From positions 114,204,001-114,268,000 of the forward strand of contig OX597814.1 of assembly GCA_951406725.2 (NCBI GenBank): 64,000 nt of DNA, in the 5' to 3' direction. Below are positions 27,816 to 40,124 of the stretch, in pieces. The stretch's first letter is position 1. Each line of letters starts with the position of its first letter. Under the pieces are notes generated by a model. It saw only the letters and a program-made list of their open reading frames with translations. It made no database searches and was not told the DNA's origin. The stretch is from Octopus vulgaris (lineage: Eukaryota). The position numbers were made by a program, and so were the translations under genes.

Positions 27816-28499
27816 AACATAAGAGATTTTAAGACCTTTAAAATACCTTATAATAAGTAAGACATAAAAACAAAATCAAATCTGTACATCCTCAATTTCA
27901 AATTTTAACTTCTAATCCTACCAAATATTATACAGAAATGATTCTCTCATCATCATCATTATTGTTTAACATCTGCTTTCCATGCTGGCATGGGTTGGAC
28001 GGTTCAACTGGAGTCTGGGAAGCCAGGAGGTTGCACCAGGCTCCAGTCTGATCTGGCAATGTGTCTACAGCTGGATACCCTTCCTAACACCAACCACTCT
28101 GAGAGTGTAGAGGGTGCTATTTATGTACCATCGGCACAGGAGCCAGAGAGGGCTGGCATTGACCACAGTTGGATGGTGCTTTTTATATGCCACCGGCACA
28201 GAAGCCAGTCAAGGCTGCGCTGGCATCAGCCACATTCAGATGGTGCTTTTTACGTGCCACTAGCATGGGGATCACAACTGCTCTTTCCATTTGATTGTGA
28301 TTGGATTTGATTTTGATGTACTTGACTCAATAGGTCTTCTCAGACTGCTGTGCTTAAGGAGACCTATTGATTCTCTCTATTGATAACTGGCCACCGGTTA
28401 ATGTGGCACCACATGTCTTAAAGCATGGAATTTTTGAAATCATTCTAATTATTTTTTTTTATAATTTAATATTGAAAATGTAATTTTGCTACGAGATTT

Positions 28500-29085
28500 G
28501 GATCTTTACTTTTTGACTGACAGATTTAAAAAGTAATTTTTTGTAACTAAACACTTTCAAACAACGGACACTGGTAGAATGTGTCATATAGAATATCTTT
28601 TACTCTTAGCGTTTTTAAGAAAAGCTTATATTTACGAAGTTATTTCATGTTAAAGTTCTCGTATTTCGGTAATTTCAACCAATCAATGACATGTATTCAG
28701 CTGAATAAAATTACTGCTGTTGTCTGTCAACAACAACTATCGGCGGTGTATTTTTTATTTGTCACTGTTAATTATGATAACCCTAAAACCTTAAAACCAG
28801 TACAAATGCACGAACGATGTCATAAATAACAGTGACAAACGAAAAATACAATGCCGATAGTTGTTAACAAACAACAGCAGTAATTTTATTCAGCTAAATA
28901 CACGTCATTGATTGGTTGAAATTACCGAAATACGACAACTTTAACATGAAATAACTTTGTAAATATAAGTTTGTCTCAAGAGTAAAAGATGTTTTATATG
29001 ACACATTCTACCAATTTCTGAAGTTTGAAAGTGTTTAGTTACAAGAAATTAGTTTTTAAATCTGTAGGTCAAAAGGTAAAGATCC
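28500..29085. mobile_element. Foldback-type MITE with ~275-bp inverted arms
   Basis: Ends GGATCTTTAC.../...GTAAAGATCC; 8-bp TSD cgagattt / tgagattt; short central spacer with taaccctaaaacc. Confidence 0.88.
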
Positions 29086-29439
29086 TGAGATTTCATAGAA
29101 GTTAATAACTCTATAATCACTGTCTCAGTTCTAATGAGTTTATTACACGACTCTTCACATATATTTCTCACAAGTTTTAACCTTACATCAGTTTGAAACA
29201 GAAGTCAACAATTATGACCAGATTCTCTTTTTTTATTTCTGATTACTGCCCCCAGGCTACAATAACGAACTTTCACTAAGGAGACGGCTTACAAATGCAA
29301 TAAACAGAAAATCAAAACGGAATATATTTTTAAACAGAAAGTAAAACACATCAAAAATATTAAATATTTTCTGCTTCTTTTAAATATTTGTCAAATAATA
29401 AAAAATATAGAACTGTTAAAATGAATGTATATATGGTTA

Positions 29440-29678
29440 ACACAAGCATACATACTCACACACAAACCCACAAACACATACATGCATAAACACAAACACA
29501 TGCATGCATGCATACACACACACATGCACACACACATAGTTAAATATGTGTGCATGTATATACATACATATATTCACATACACAACACAATATATATAAA
29601 CTATATGTGCGTATGTATGTGTGTGTGTGTGTGTGTATGTATATATATATATAAACATGAGTTGTATGCATGTGTGTG

Positions 29679-29721
<43 letters not shown>

Positions 29722-29735
29722 TGTATATATATATA

Positions 29736-29778
<43 letters not shown>

Positions 29779-29803
29779 GCATGTATATATATATGTATAT
29801 GTG

Positions 29804-29843
<40 letters not shown>

Positions 29844-29876
29844 GTGTGTAGAGAGAGAGGGAGGGAAAGAGAGAGT
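29440..29876. repeat. Compound (TA)/(TG)/(CA) microsatellite
   Basis: Directly visible. Confidence 0.95.
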
Positions 29877-30857
29877 GATGTAAGGTCATATACTAAGCCA
29901 TTATACTACCTGACTATTGAAAAGGAAATAGTCACAAAATCAAATTAGATATAAATTTGAAATGTATGATTAGGTCTTTCTATAACATTGCTTTCCAAAA
30001 AAACCATCTTTTTTCATATTTTTCTTTAGTTACTAAACAACAAACAAATAAAACACATATATGTTGATATATGTTGTTGTTGTTGTTTTTGTGTATTTGT
30101 ATAGCCTGAACATGAAGTTATGGTATGAACATATAAACTCCCATGTAATATGATGTGGTAGATGAGTTTTTTTCTTCGTTTTTTTTTTGTCTTTTATATA
30201 TTTTTTTTTCAAATGATACTAAGAAACAAGTTGATGGAAACATTGCAAGAGAGCTAATATCACATTGAGATATTTTTATTCAATTGTTCTGAGATTCAGA
30301 CAGATTTAATTGACTATGAAACATTAAAGTCTATTGGAAATTTATAGTAAAAAAAAAAAAAAAAAAAAGAAATCCTGCACACAAAGCATAATGACTGAAT
30401 AATATTTGAAGTTCTTTATTAATTAAGAATAGCAAAAGCTGGGCACTGCATAATGGGATAAAAAAAAAGAAAAAATATAAAACATGATATTTGGTGTGTG
30501 TGTGTTATTTTTTTGTTTTTGTTCTAAAAGCAAAAATCTATATCTGCATGTAATAAAAATGGATTCTAAATGACGATCAAAAGTTATTCTGCTGAATAGA
30601 TTGAGCAGAATAAAAGAGAACAAAAATAGAAAAATTACTAAAGAGAATATCTTATCAGTGGTTAGTGATCTGTAACTCTTTAGTACCAATGGGGAAAATG
30701 AAAAAAAATATGAACTCTACACAGAAATGTATCTGTCTCAATATAGACACAAACAAGAACAGGAAAAAGTTATGAGAAGTTGTTGAATTAGAAGAATATT
30801 AGTTAAGAAAGTTTTTACCTTAACTCATTACAAATGAAAGTGGAAATATATATATAA

Positions 30858-31240
30858 CTAGCAGTATCGCCCGGCGTTGCTCGGGTTTGTTTCAACCCTT
30901 TAGAATTGGAATTTTTGAAAAGTAAAAATTTTGCATTATGTAGCTCTTTAAGTGAACATTTTTCTGATTGAAATACACTGAAAAATGGCAACACAGCAAT
31001 CAAAAAATTGTAAAAAAAATAGGGATTTTCATAGAAAAAAAGCACCTTTTTGATGTAAATAATTTTTGGTGTTAACATGGTCTGATATGAATTTTTTCTT
31101 CTACGGAATGAAGAGCAAGCCTTCTTCTATCATACTCTCAATTTTGGTCAACTTGCACCACAAGGTCTCGGAGGAGATAGTGTTAGTTGAAGGCTACCAA
31201 ACCTGCCATACACAGACAACTTCAGCTTTATATATATAGA
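30858..31240 (-). mobile_element. Non-autonomous Helitron
   Basis: Minus strand starts TCTATATATATAAA and ends with hairpin CCCGAGCAACGCCGGG then CTAG followed by T. Confidence 0.75.
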
Positions 31241-31699
31241 GACTAGTTATAATATGGCGTTACAATAAGGTGATGAGCTAGCAGAACTGTTAGCATGCCA
31301 GGCAAAATGCTTAGCAGCATTTCATCCATTTTTACATACATTCTGGGTTCAAATGCTGGTGAGGTCAGCTTTGCCTTTCGTCCTTTTGGGATCAATACAA
31401 TAAATACCAGTTCAATAGTGGGTCAATGTAACCAGCTTACCCCTTCCCCTGAAACTGCGGATCTTGTGCCAAAATTTGAAACCAGTATAGCCACTAAACC
31501 TTTTCCATTTTCTCTCCTTGTTTATTTTTGTGTTCCTTTCTGTCGAAGAGCGTAGGCTTGAGATTTAAAAGACTCTCTAACTTACCGAGAGTTAAACTAA
31601 TACATCTGTTTGTTGTTTACACACCTGTCTTCATCTTTTGTTCTTTTTTGTACATTCTCATTAGAATATAGTATGTTAGGAAGATGGTGAACTGGCAGA

Positions 31700-32293
31700 C
31701 AAGGCAGCAAGCTGGCAGAATCATTAGCATGCCGGGCAAAATGCTTAGGGGTATTTTGTCTACCGCTACGTTCTGAGTTCAAATTCCGCCAAGGTCGACT
31801 TTGCCTTTCATCCTTTCGGAGTTGATTAAATAAGTACCAGTTACACACTGGGGTCAATATAATCGACTTAATCTGTTTGTCTGTCCTTGTTTGTCCTCTC
31901 TGTGTCTAGCCCCTTGTGGGTAGTAAAGAAGTAGGTATTTCGTCTGCCGCTACATTCTAAGTTCAAATTCTTCCAAGGTCGACTTTGCCTTTTATCCTTT
32001 CAGGGTCGATAAATTAAGTACCAGTTACGCACTGGGGTCGATATAATCGACTTAATCCATTTGTCTGTCCTTGTTTGTCCTCTCTGCGTTTAGCCCCTTG
32101 TGGGTTGTAAAGAAATAGGTATGTCTTTATGTTCGGAGTTCAAATTCCGCCGAGGTCGACTTTGCCTTTCATCCTTTCAAGGTCGATTAAATAAGTACCA
32201 GTTACGCACTGGGGTCGATGTAATCGACTTAATCCCTTTGTCTGTCCTTGTTTGTCCCCTCTATGTTTAGCTCCCTGTAGGCAATAAAGAAGT
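31700..32293 (+). mobile_element. SINE family B (Meta-domain-like), three tandem units. Further copies at ~6810-7200, 24770-25220-, 31268-31485+, 40400-40575-, 42517-42748+, 47470-47683+, 60997-61210+, 63368-63575+
   Basis: B box GAGTTCAAATTCC followed by GTCGACTTTGCCTTTCATCCTTTCGGGGTCGATAAATTAAGTACCAG, resembling the MetaSINE domain as I recall it. Confidence 0.8.
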
Positions 32294-33257
32294 AAATATA
32301 ACATGTTAGGAATATAAATATTTAGAAAATCTTAAAGAGGGTGAGTTTTCTGGTTCATCAAGGTTGTACAATTGAAAGGCCTTCCTTTAACTTAGTGTAA
32401 TTGAACTGATGAAGAACTTACTAATTCTACTACAAGTGAGCTGAAGTATTGGTTTGGCTATGACAGACAATATATGAACTAAAACTTCCAGTGACTTGCA
32501 GTTCTCTTAGGTTTGGCAACAACAGATTCATTAATAAATCTCTTCAGTTACTTTGTCACAGACATTGTTGTGTGTTTAAGTTTAGCTTTGCCTTGTATCT
32601 TTTGAGGGTCAATGCAAAAAAAATAGACAGATCCAAGGCAGTGGGTTAAAAGAATTTTTATTATGTCAGGACAGTATACTTTGGAATATCTGCCCTGCCC
32701 CTCTGCATTCTGATAACAATGTCTGCAAAGATGTTGGTGCCAGATTGTATCAGTTCAAATTAGTGACCTTTCCCTTGGACATTTTCAACAGTGGCATAGG
32801 AGTGGCTGTGTGGTAAGTAGCTTGCTTACCAACTACATGGTCCCGGGTTCAGTCCCACTGCGTGGCACCTTGGGCAAGTGTCTTCTACTATAGCCTCGGC
32901 CGACCAAAGGCTTGTGAGTGGATTTGGTAGACAGAAACTGAAAGAAGCCCATCGTATATATGTGTGTGTGTGTGTATATGTTTGTGTGTCTGTGTTTGTC
33001 CCCCCAACATCGCTTGACAACCGATGCTGGTGTGTTTATGTCCCCGTAACTTAGCGGTTCAGCAAAATAGACAGAGAGAATAAGTACTAGGCTTACAAAG
33101 AATAAGTCCTGGGGTCGATTTGCTCAACTAAAAAAGGCGATGCTCCAGTATGGCCACAGTCAAATGACTGAAACAAGTAGAAGAATAAAAGAATAGTGTA
33201 ATTGAGAATAAGTATCTGCCAGTCTTCTACTAAATATCTTTGTACAGGCCAGTGTAT

Positions 33258-33760
33258 TGTGACCTCCTTCGGTCATGAATGACCATGGAATTGCACCTAG
33301 AAAGTTACCCTCCGAGGAACAAGTCTGGGCAAGATTGTTTATGGAAGACCAACAGTCGCCCACACATACCAGCCTCCCCTCTCCATGCCACCGATGTTAT
33401 CCAAGGGAAAAGCAAAGGCCGATACAGCTTGGCAGTGACGTCGCAGCTCATTTATTAACGTGCAAGTGGCTGAGCACTCCACAGACACGTGTACCCTTAT
33501 CTCCTCGGGGAGATTCAGCGTGACACAGAGTGTGAAAAGGCTGGCCCTTTGAAATACAGGTACGACAGAAACAGGAAGAAAGAGTGAGAGAAAGTTGTGG
33601 TGAACAAGTACAGCAGGATTCACCACCACCCCCTGCCAGAGCCTCGTAGAGCTTTAGGTGTTTTCACTCAATAAACACTCACAATGCCCGGTCTGGGAAT
33701 CGAAACCGCGATCCTACGACTGCGAGTCCGCTGCCCTAACCACTGGGCCATTGCGCCTCC
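33258..33760 (-). mobile_element. tRNA-derived SINE family C with 14-bp TSD; related heads at 4619-5000+ and 53228-53523+
   Basis: Head GGAGGCGCAATGGCCCAGTGGTTAGGGCAGCGGACTCG...GGTTTCGATTCC; TSD ACAGGCCAGTGTAT at 33244-33257 and 33761-33774. Confidence 0.85.
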
Positions 33761-33881
33761 ACAGGCCAGTGTATACACGTTTGGATAAATGGTCAAACTT
33801 GACCAATGGGCCCTGACAAAGCAAATAAAAAGAAGGAAGAAGTTGTGGATAATAACCACAGATGTATAGAGTTGCACTTAC

Positions 33882-33980
33882 CTCTCCACTAAAAATGGAT
33901 ATCAGTTGGTCCATAATAGATTGTTTATTTGAGATATAGGAACACAAACTTGGTAAAACTTGGCAGCATGAATAAATTAC
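33882..33980 (-). CDS. STK36: STK36/Fused internal exon (99 nt, phase 0->0): VIYSCCQVLPSLCSYISNKQSIMDQLISIFSGE
   Basis: Acceptor tttaatctag, donor gtaagt; matches recalled human [33 protein letters not shown]. Confidence 0.85.
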
Positions 33981-34089
33981 CTAGATTAAATTAAACGACA
34001 CAGACAATTAAAAGGAGAGATAAAAAAAATAATGCAAAAATGATCAAAGACAAAAAACAAAGGTCAAAAGATATAAATTTTGAATTAAT

Positions 34090-34675
34090 CTGTGTCAAAT
34101 TAATCACAGAACTTGAGGCAATCCAACGAAGCTACACGAAGAAGATAGCCTCTATGCAGCATATAAGCTATTGGGAAAGACTCAAGAGATTAAGACTCTA
34201 TTCCTTAGAGCGTAGGCGAGAAAGATATGCCATAATATACATCTGGAAGATCCTGGAAGGACTTGTCCCAAACTTTGGCATCGAGAGTTACACAGATACT
34301 AGAACTGGGCGCCACTGCATAGTGCCAAGGACTCCAAATTTGCCATCAAGATGTAGGATAAGATACTGTGATAGCCTGGGCTTCAGAGGTCCACAGCTCT
34401 TCAATATCCTCCCGAAGGATGTGAGAGACCTGCATGGGGTGAATGCGGATGTCTTTAAAATAAAGCTGGAAATCTTCCTGTCAGGTGTCCCAGATGAACC
34501 AACTTCACGGCAGGAGGTGCAGATGAGGGCAGCTGCATCAAACTCTCTCATGCACAAAATGTCAATTGCTAAAAAGCATTCGTGAAGTAAAATCATGTAG
34601 CAACGCCGAATGGTGGTGCCCCAGCATGGCAACAGCTCGTGAGCTGAAACTAGATGAAAATGAATAAAAAAAAAT
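34090..34675 (+). mobile_element. 5'-truncated CR1-group LINE 3' end (ORF2 C-terminus, stop at 34585, short tail)
   Basis: LEAIQRSYTKKI...SYWERLKRLRLYSLERRRERY...RGPQLFNILP...FKIKLE motifs, then an A-rich tail. Confidence 0.85.
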
Positions 34676-35299
34676 CATTTTGTAAAAAAAAGGAAATGAT
34701 CTTGATAATCTTAAAAGCCACATCATAACAGATATATCATCATCATTTAGTGTCCGCTTTCCATGCTAGCATGGGTTGGACGGTTCAACTAAGGTCTGGG
34801 AAACCAGAAGGCTGCACCAGACCCAGTCTGATCTGGCAGTGTTTCTACGGCTGGATGCCCTTCCTAATGCCAAATTATACATTATAACATATATATATTC
34901 AATTAAAATATATAAACACAGGGCTATCACAGGTAACTATTTCTTAGTAATAAAGCATCGAAGGGAATAGCTGCAAGTATTTTTAATTAATGGGTATTGT
35001 GTCTTTTCTTTTATCTGTTTATTGATTTCATTCATTAGACTATGGCCATGCTGGGGCACCACCTTGAAGAATTTTAGTCAATCGAATTGATCCCAGTACT
35101 TATTCTATTGGTCCCTTTTGCCAAACTGCTAAGTTACAGGGACATGAACACACTATCACCAGTAGTTAAGTGGTGGTGGTGGTGGAGGGGAATAAACACA
35201 AAGACACACACACAATATGATAGGCTTCTTTCAGTTTCTATCTACTGAATCTGTGCTAGGTTTTTGTTCCTTATTTTTCGTCCTATTGGTTTGGAATGG

Positions 35300-35332
<33 letters not shown>

Positions 35333-35904
35333 TAGGTGTAGGAGCAGCTGTTTGGTAAGTAGTTTGCTTACCAACCACATGGTTGCAGGTTAAGTCCCAC
35401 TGCGTGGCACCTTGGGCAAGTGTCTTCTACTATAGCCTCAGGCCAACCAAAGCCTTGTGAGTGGATTTGGTAGATGGAAACTGAAAGAAGCCCTTTGTAT
35501 ATATGTATATATATGTGCGTGTATAAGTTTGTGTGTCTGTGTTTGTCCCCCCAACATCGCTTGACAACCGATGCTGGTGTGTTTACATCCCCATAACTTA
35601 GCGGTTCGGCAAAAGTGACTAATAGAATAATTACTAGTCTTACAAAGAATAAGTCCTGGGGTTGATTTGCTCGACTAAAGGCAGTACTCCAGCATGGCCA
35701 CAGTCAAATGACTGAAACAAGTAAAAGAGTACACACACATAGGCTTCCATACAGTTTCCATCTACCAATTTCACTCACATGGCATTGGTTGGCCTGAGGT
35801 AATAGCAGAAGACACTTTCTCAAGAAGCTGTGCAGTGAGACTGAACCTGGAACCTCGTAAAGTGAGCTTCTAACCCACATAGCTATGCCCACACCTATTT
35901 TCTT

Positions 35905-36010
35905 AAAATACAGAATGCTTCATGAATTTGCACGTCATCCTCGTGCAGGGGCCATGCTCATCTTCTCTGCATCATTCCAATTTTTGTATATGTATTTCCA
36001 AAGTAATATA
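35905..36010 (-). pseudogene. U6: U6 snRNA pseudogene, about full length
   Basis: Minus strand reads ...AATTGGAATGATGCAGAGAAGATGAGCATGGCCCCTGCACGAGGATGACGTGCAAATTCATGAAGCATTCTGTATTTT, collinear with U6. ACAGAGA box is mutated to GCAGAGA and several CpGs have decayed. Confidence 0.92.
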
Positions 36011-37609
36011 AACATTTATCTCCATATACATGCCACCGGCACAGGGACCAGATGAAGCTGGCAAACAGCCACCACGTAAAATGCACCAACCAATCGTGGC
36101 CAGTTGCCAGGCCCCTCTGTCCCCTGTGCTGGTGGCACGTAAAAAGCACCCACTACACTCACAGAGTGGTTGGCGTTGTGAAGAGCATCCAGCTGTAGAA
36201 ACATTGCAGATCAGACTGGAGCCTGGCGCAGCCTCCTGGCTTCCCAGACTCTGGTCAAACCATCCAACCCATGCTAGCACGGAAAATGGACGTTAAACGA
36301 TGATGATGATGATGATACCCGGTATATTCATCTACACATACAGCAACAGCTAAAACTTGTGCTACCATAATAGATATGCCATATTGTATATCTCCATTAT
36401 ACATAGCTTGCTGCTTGGCATAACAATAACTGATTAACTGACCTAACTGCCAGCAGCATGTTATTTATGCAAATTGGATTTTCCAGTTTAGTGAGGTCTT
36501 TAATTGAAGCGGCTATATATATATGTATATATAGAATTTCTTCATGGAGAGAAGACAATCATATACATGGTTTACTCTGTACTGCATAGCACATCAATAA
36601 TAAACTTCAGAAGTATTGTATAGGACAAGATTAAAATTAACAGAAGGGTTTGATTTGCATAGATGATATTCAATAGACCAAAGAAAGCAAAGAGCAAAGA
36701 TTAATTTACTGGATCCGAAATTAATGAAAAGATCAACAACAGAGATAAATGCTGTTTAATGGCCATATATTATCATCTTATAAATCAATGCAAATATGAA
36801 TATTTACTCTTTATGTAGACTTTATCAAATTATCTTCTTAAAATAGAAAATTGATTTAAAATCATCGTATTCTGAGCAAGTGTTTACAATGCTTTCCTGC
36901 AGAAAATAATTATACAATTAGATACAAATGATTAATTTTTACTTCATGAAATTATTTATAACGAAATAATAAATGTTTGGACTTTTAGAAAGTGTTACCA
37001 TAATAATCACTCAAGAGTCACAAATAACAATAAAACAGAATATTGGCAGTAAGCCAACTTGCTTCTATGAGCAGCACCGCATATGCACAGCTGGGTGTGG
37101 GCGAAGTTGTGGTACACAACAATGGAGAATACAAGACCATTTGAATAATTGACAATTTTTATCATTATGGAATTATGACAATGGATATTTTATTATAGAA
37201 AATATTCAATAATGATAACAATACTTAATTATTAATGTTAGCAGCCATTAAAACTAAAGTATAAACAACACCATCGCCATCATTTAACATTCGCTCTTTG
37301 TGCTGGTATGGGCTGGATGGTTTGAGTGGAACTGGTAAGCTGGTTAGCTGCACCAGGTTCCAGTCTGATTTGGTATGGTTTCTACAGCTGCATGCCCTTC
37401 CTTATGCCAACCACTTCAAGAGTGTAGTGGAGTGCCTTTTATGTGCCACTGAACCCAAAACCACATGATTGCAGTGCAAGACCGTTACCCACACAGCCAT
37501 GCTAACACCAATAGAAAATATATATAACCAAAAGCATTCTGGAGCTGATGACAGAGTATTATTTATTAAAACTGAAGGGGAGAAACATGGATAAAGAGTT
37601 AATACTTAC

Positions 37610-37717
37610 AGTGAGAACATTTCCAGTGATGGGAGAGGAGGAGATCAAATTCAGGAAGTGATCTGTCACAGTCTGATGGTTTTCAGAAACCATTAATTCT
37701 GCAAGGTCCATAGCCAA
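37610..37717 (-). CDS. STK36: STK36/Fused internal exon (108 nt, phase 0->0): LAMDLAELMVSENHQTVTDHFLNLISSSPITGNVLT
   Basis: Acceptor ttctttatttactctag, donor gtaagt, stop-free 36 codons. Confidence 0.8.
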
Positions 37718-38149
37718 CTAGAGTAAATAAAGAATAAAATTAATGGTTCTGATGTCTAACATAAACACAAGATGAAATGTTTGAAGGATGGGTGTACATG
37801 ATTATATAAATATCAGCATCCTTTTGATGCTGATGTCCACTTTTCCATTTTTTTTTTTTAAGCAGATTTTCTAGAGTGGGGTGCTTTTCCTGTTGCCAAC
37901 CCCTGCCTGTTTCCAAGCAAGACAGGTTTTGATAGAATATTGGAAATGTATGACATTTATTTACAACAATCGTATGATGTCAAAACAAGAAGACACGTGG
38001 TTGTGTGGTATGAAGCTTACTTCCCAACCACATGGTTCCGGGTTCAGTCCCACTGTGTGGCACCTTGGGTAAGTGTCTTCTACTATAGCCTCAGGCTGAC
38101 CAAAGCCTTGTGAGTGGATTTGGTAGACGGAAACTGAAAGAAGCCCATC

Positions 38150-38212
<63 letters not shown>

Positions 38213-38720
38213 TGTGTGTGTCTTTGTGTGTCTATGTTTGTCCCCTCCATCATCGCTTGACAACTGATGCTGGTGTGTTTACATCCCAATAACTTAATGG
38301 TTCAGCAAAAGAGAGACTGATAGAATAAGTACTAGGTTTACAAAGAATAAATCCTGCAGTCAATTTGTTTGACTAAAGGCAGTGCTCCAGCATGGCCACA
38401 GTCAAATGACTGAAACAAATAAAATAATACACATGACAGGCTCTTTTCAGATTCCATTTACCAAATCCATTCACAAGGAATTCGTTGACAAAGGGCTACT
38501 GTAGAAGACACTTTCCCAAAGTGTTATATAGTGGGATTGAACCAAAAGGCATTTGGTTAGGAAGCAGGCATCTCAACCACTTAGCCATGCCTGCACCTAT
38601 TAACTCCAATGCTTATTTGTCTGCCCCTGAAAGATTACAGGTAAATAAATGTCAGCAAGTTTGAACTTCGCACAAAGAAATGTGAGCATGTATATATCAC
38701 ATGATTGACTAGAGTCTAGT

Positions 38721-38969
38721 CGATGTAGTTCCCAAACTTTTTCAGGCTGCTCCCCAACACAAATGTAGACCACTTTCTGCAGCAAATTCAAAACAACTGT
38801 ATTTCACAAATAAAACTTAAACCTAATTAACCAATTAATATTTTAAATTTTTGCTTACATCTACCACCCCTTTTTGAGTACCCCATTATCATCCCACTTT
38901 TCTTCAATGCCACTCTGGATCTTTCCACTACCCGCAAGGGGGCAGAACTGCCCACTTTGAGAACCACTG
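38721..38969. mobile_element. Old hAT-type MITE
   Basis: Right TIR tttgagaaccactg, degenerate left end gtagttcccaaa, flanks gtctagtc / gactagac. Confidence 0.55.
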
Positions 38970-39650
38970 GACTAGACTATCAAATGTTGGTATACCTCAC
39001 TGGTCACAATGCACTTTGCATTGTTTCTTTAGTTTTCAAATGATGTCAAACTGCTGGCAAAGTGAGCAGGCCAACATCTCCCGTGATCAGAAGGCTATTC
39101 TGTTGCAGGGTCACTCAGTGGAGCAACATGAAATAAAGTGTTTTGCTGAAGATCACAATGTGCCATTCAGTCCGGGAATTGAACTCATTATCACTAGATT
39201 GGAGTATGTGTGTATATACATATATATATATATGAGCATCAAGGTGGCTATCGTTGCCAGAGCAACAAGCTGGCCTCCATGCCGGTGGCAAGTAAAAAAC
39301 ACCATTCGAGCATGATCGCTACCTGCTTTGCCTTACTGGCACTTGTGCCAGTGGCACATGAAAAAAACATTCGAGCAAGGTCATTGCCAGTGCTGCTAGA
39401 CTGGCTCCTGCGCAGGTGGCACATAAAATGCACCATTTGAACATGGCTGTTGCCAGTAGCGCCTGACTGGCCCTCATGCCAGTGTCATGTAAAAGCACCC
39501 ACTACACTCTCGGAGTGGTTGCCGTTAGGAACGGCATCCAGCTGTAGAAACTCTGCCAGATCAGATTGGAGCCTGGTGCAGCCATCTGGCTTATCAGACC
39601 TCAGTCAAATAGTCCAACCCATGCTAGCATGGAAAGTGGACGTTAAAAGA

Positions 39651-39706
<56 letters not shown>

Positions 39707-40002
39707 CAATAAGAAAATGAAGGGAATCAATAGGTGGTTCATCAACTTTTAGACATTATATTATGTCAATTTATTTATTTATTTACTAAAATGACAATTT
39801 TTTATCTATTATGTATGTATGTATGTATGTATGTATGTATGTATGTGTGTGTGTGTATGTGTGTGTGTATGTATGTATGTATGTATGTATGTATGAACTT
39901 ACTTCTGAGAATTTTGTTAGTAGCTCTGCTGATTTTACTTTCAACCATCCTTATAAAATTAATAATTGTTAAGAGCAATACTGTGTTTCATGTCGTACTT
40001 AC

Positions 40003-40124
40003 CCTTCTCTTACTCTGATCTTCAGGAGAATTAGCAAGGGGCAAATGAACCATGAGGGACAAACAAGATACACACAGGTAGGTTTCGCTTTCACTACTTA
40101 GAGATGAACTAACCTCAGGTGTTT
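40003..40124 (-). CDS. STK36: STK36/Fused internal exon (122 nt, phase 1->0): (K)TPEVSSSLSSESETYLCVSCLSLMVHLPLANSPEDQSKRR
   Basis: Acceptor ttttttctcatttctcaag, donor gtaagt; phases bridge the two neighbouring exons exactly. Confidence 0.8.

Noticed and set aside
31500-31660. Possible second Penelope-type hammerhead (tcgaagagcgtaggcttgaga)
   Set aside because: Both core motifs are broken and only one copy is present here, so it cannot be supported.
35905-36010. Functional U6 gene
   Set aside because: ACAGAGA box and 5' stem are mutated, CpGs have decayed, and the upstream promoter position is occupied by an RTE fragment.
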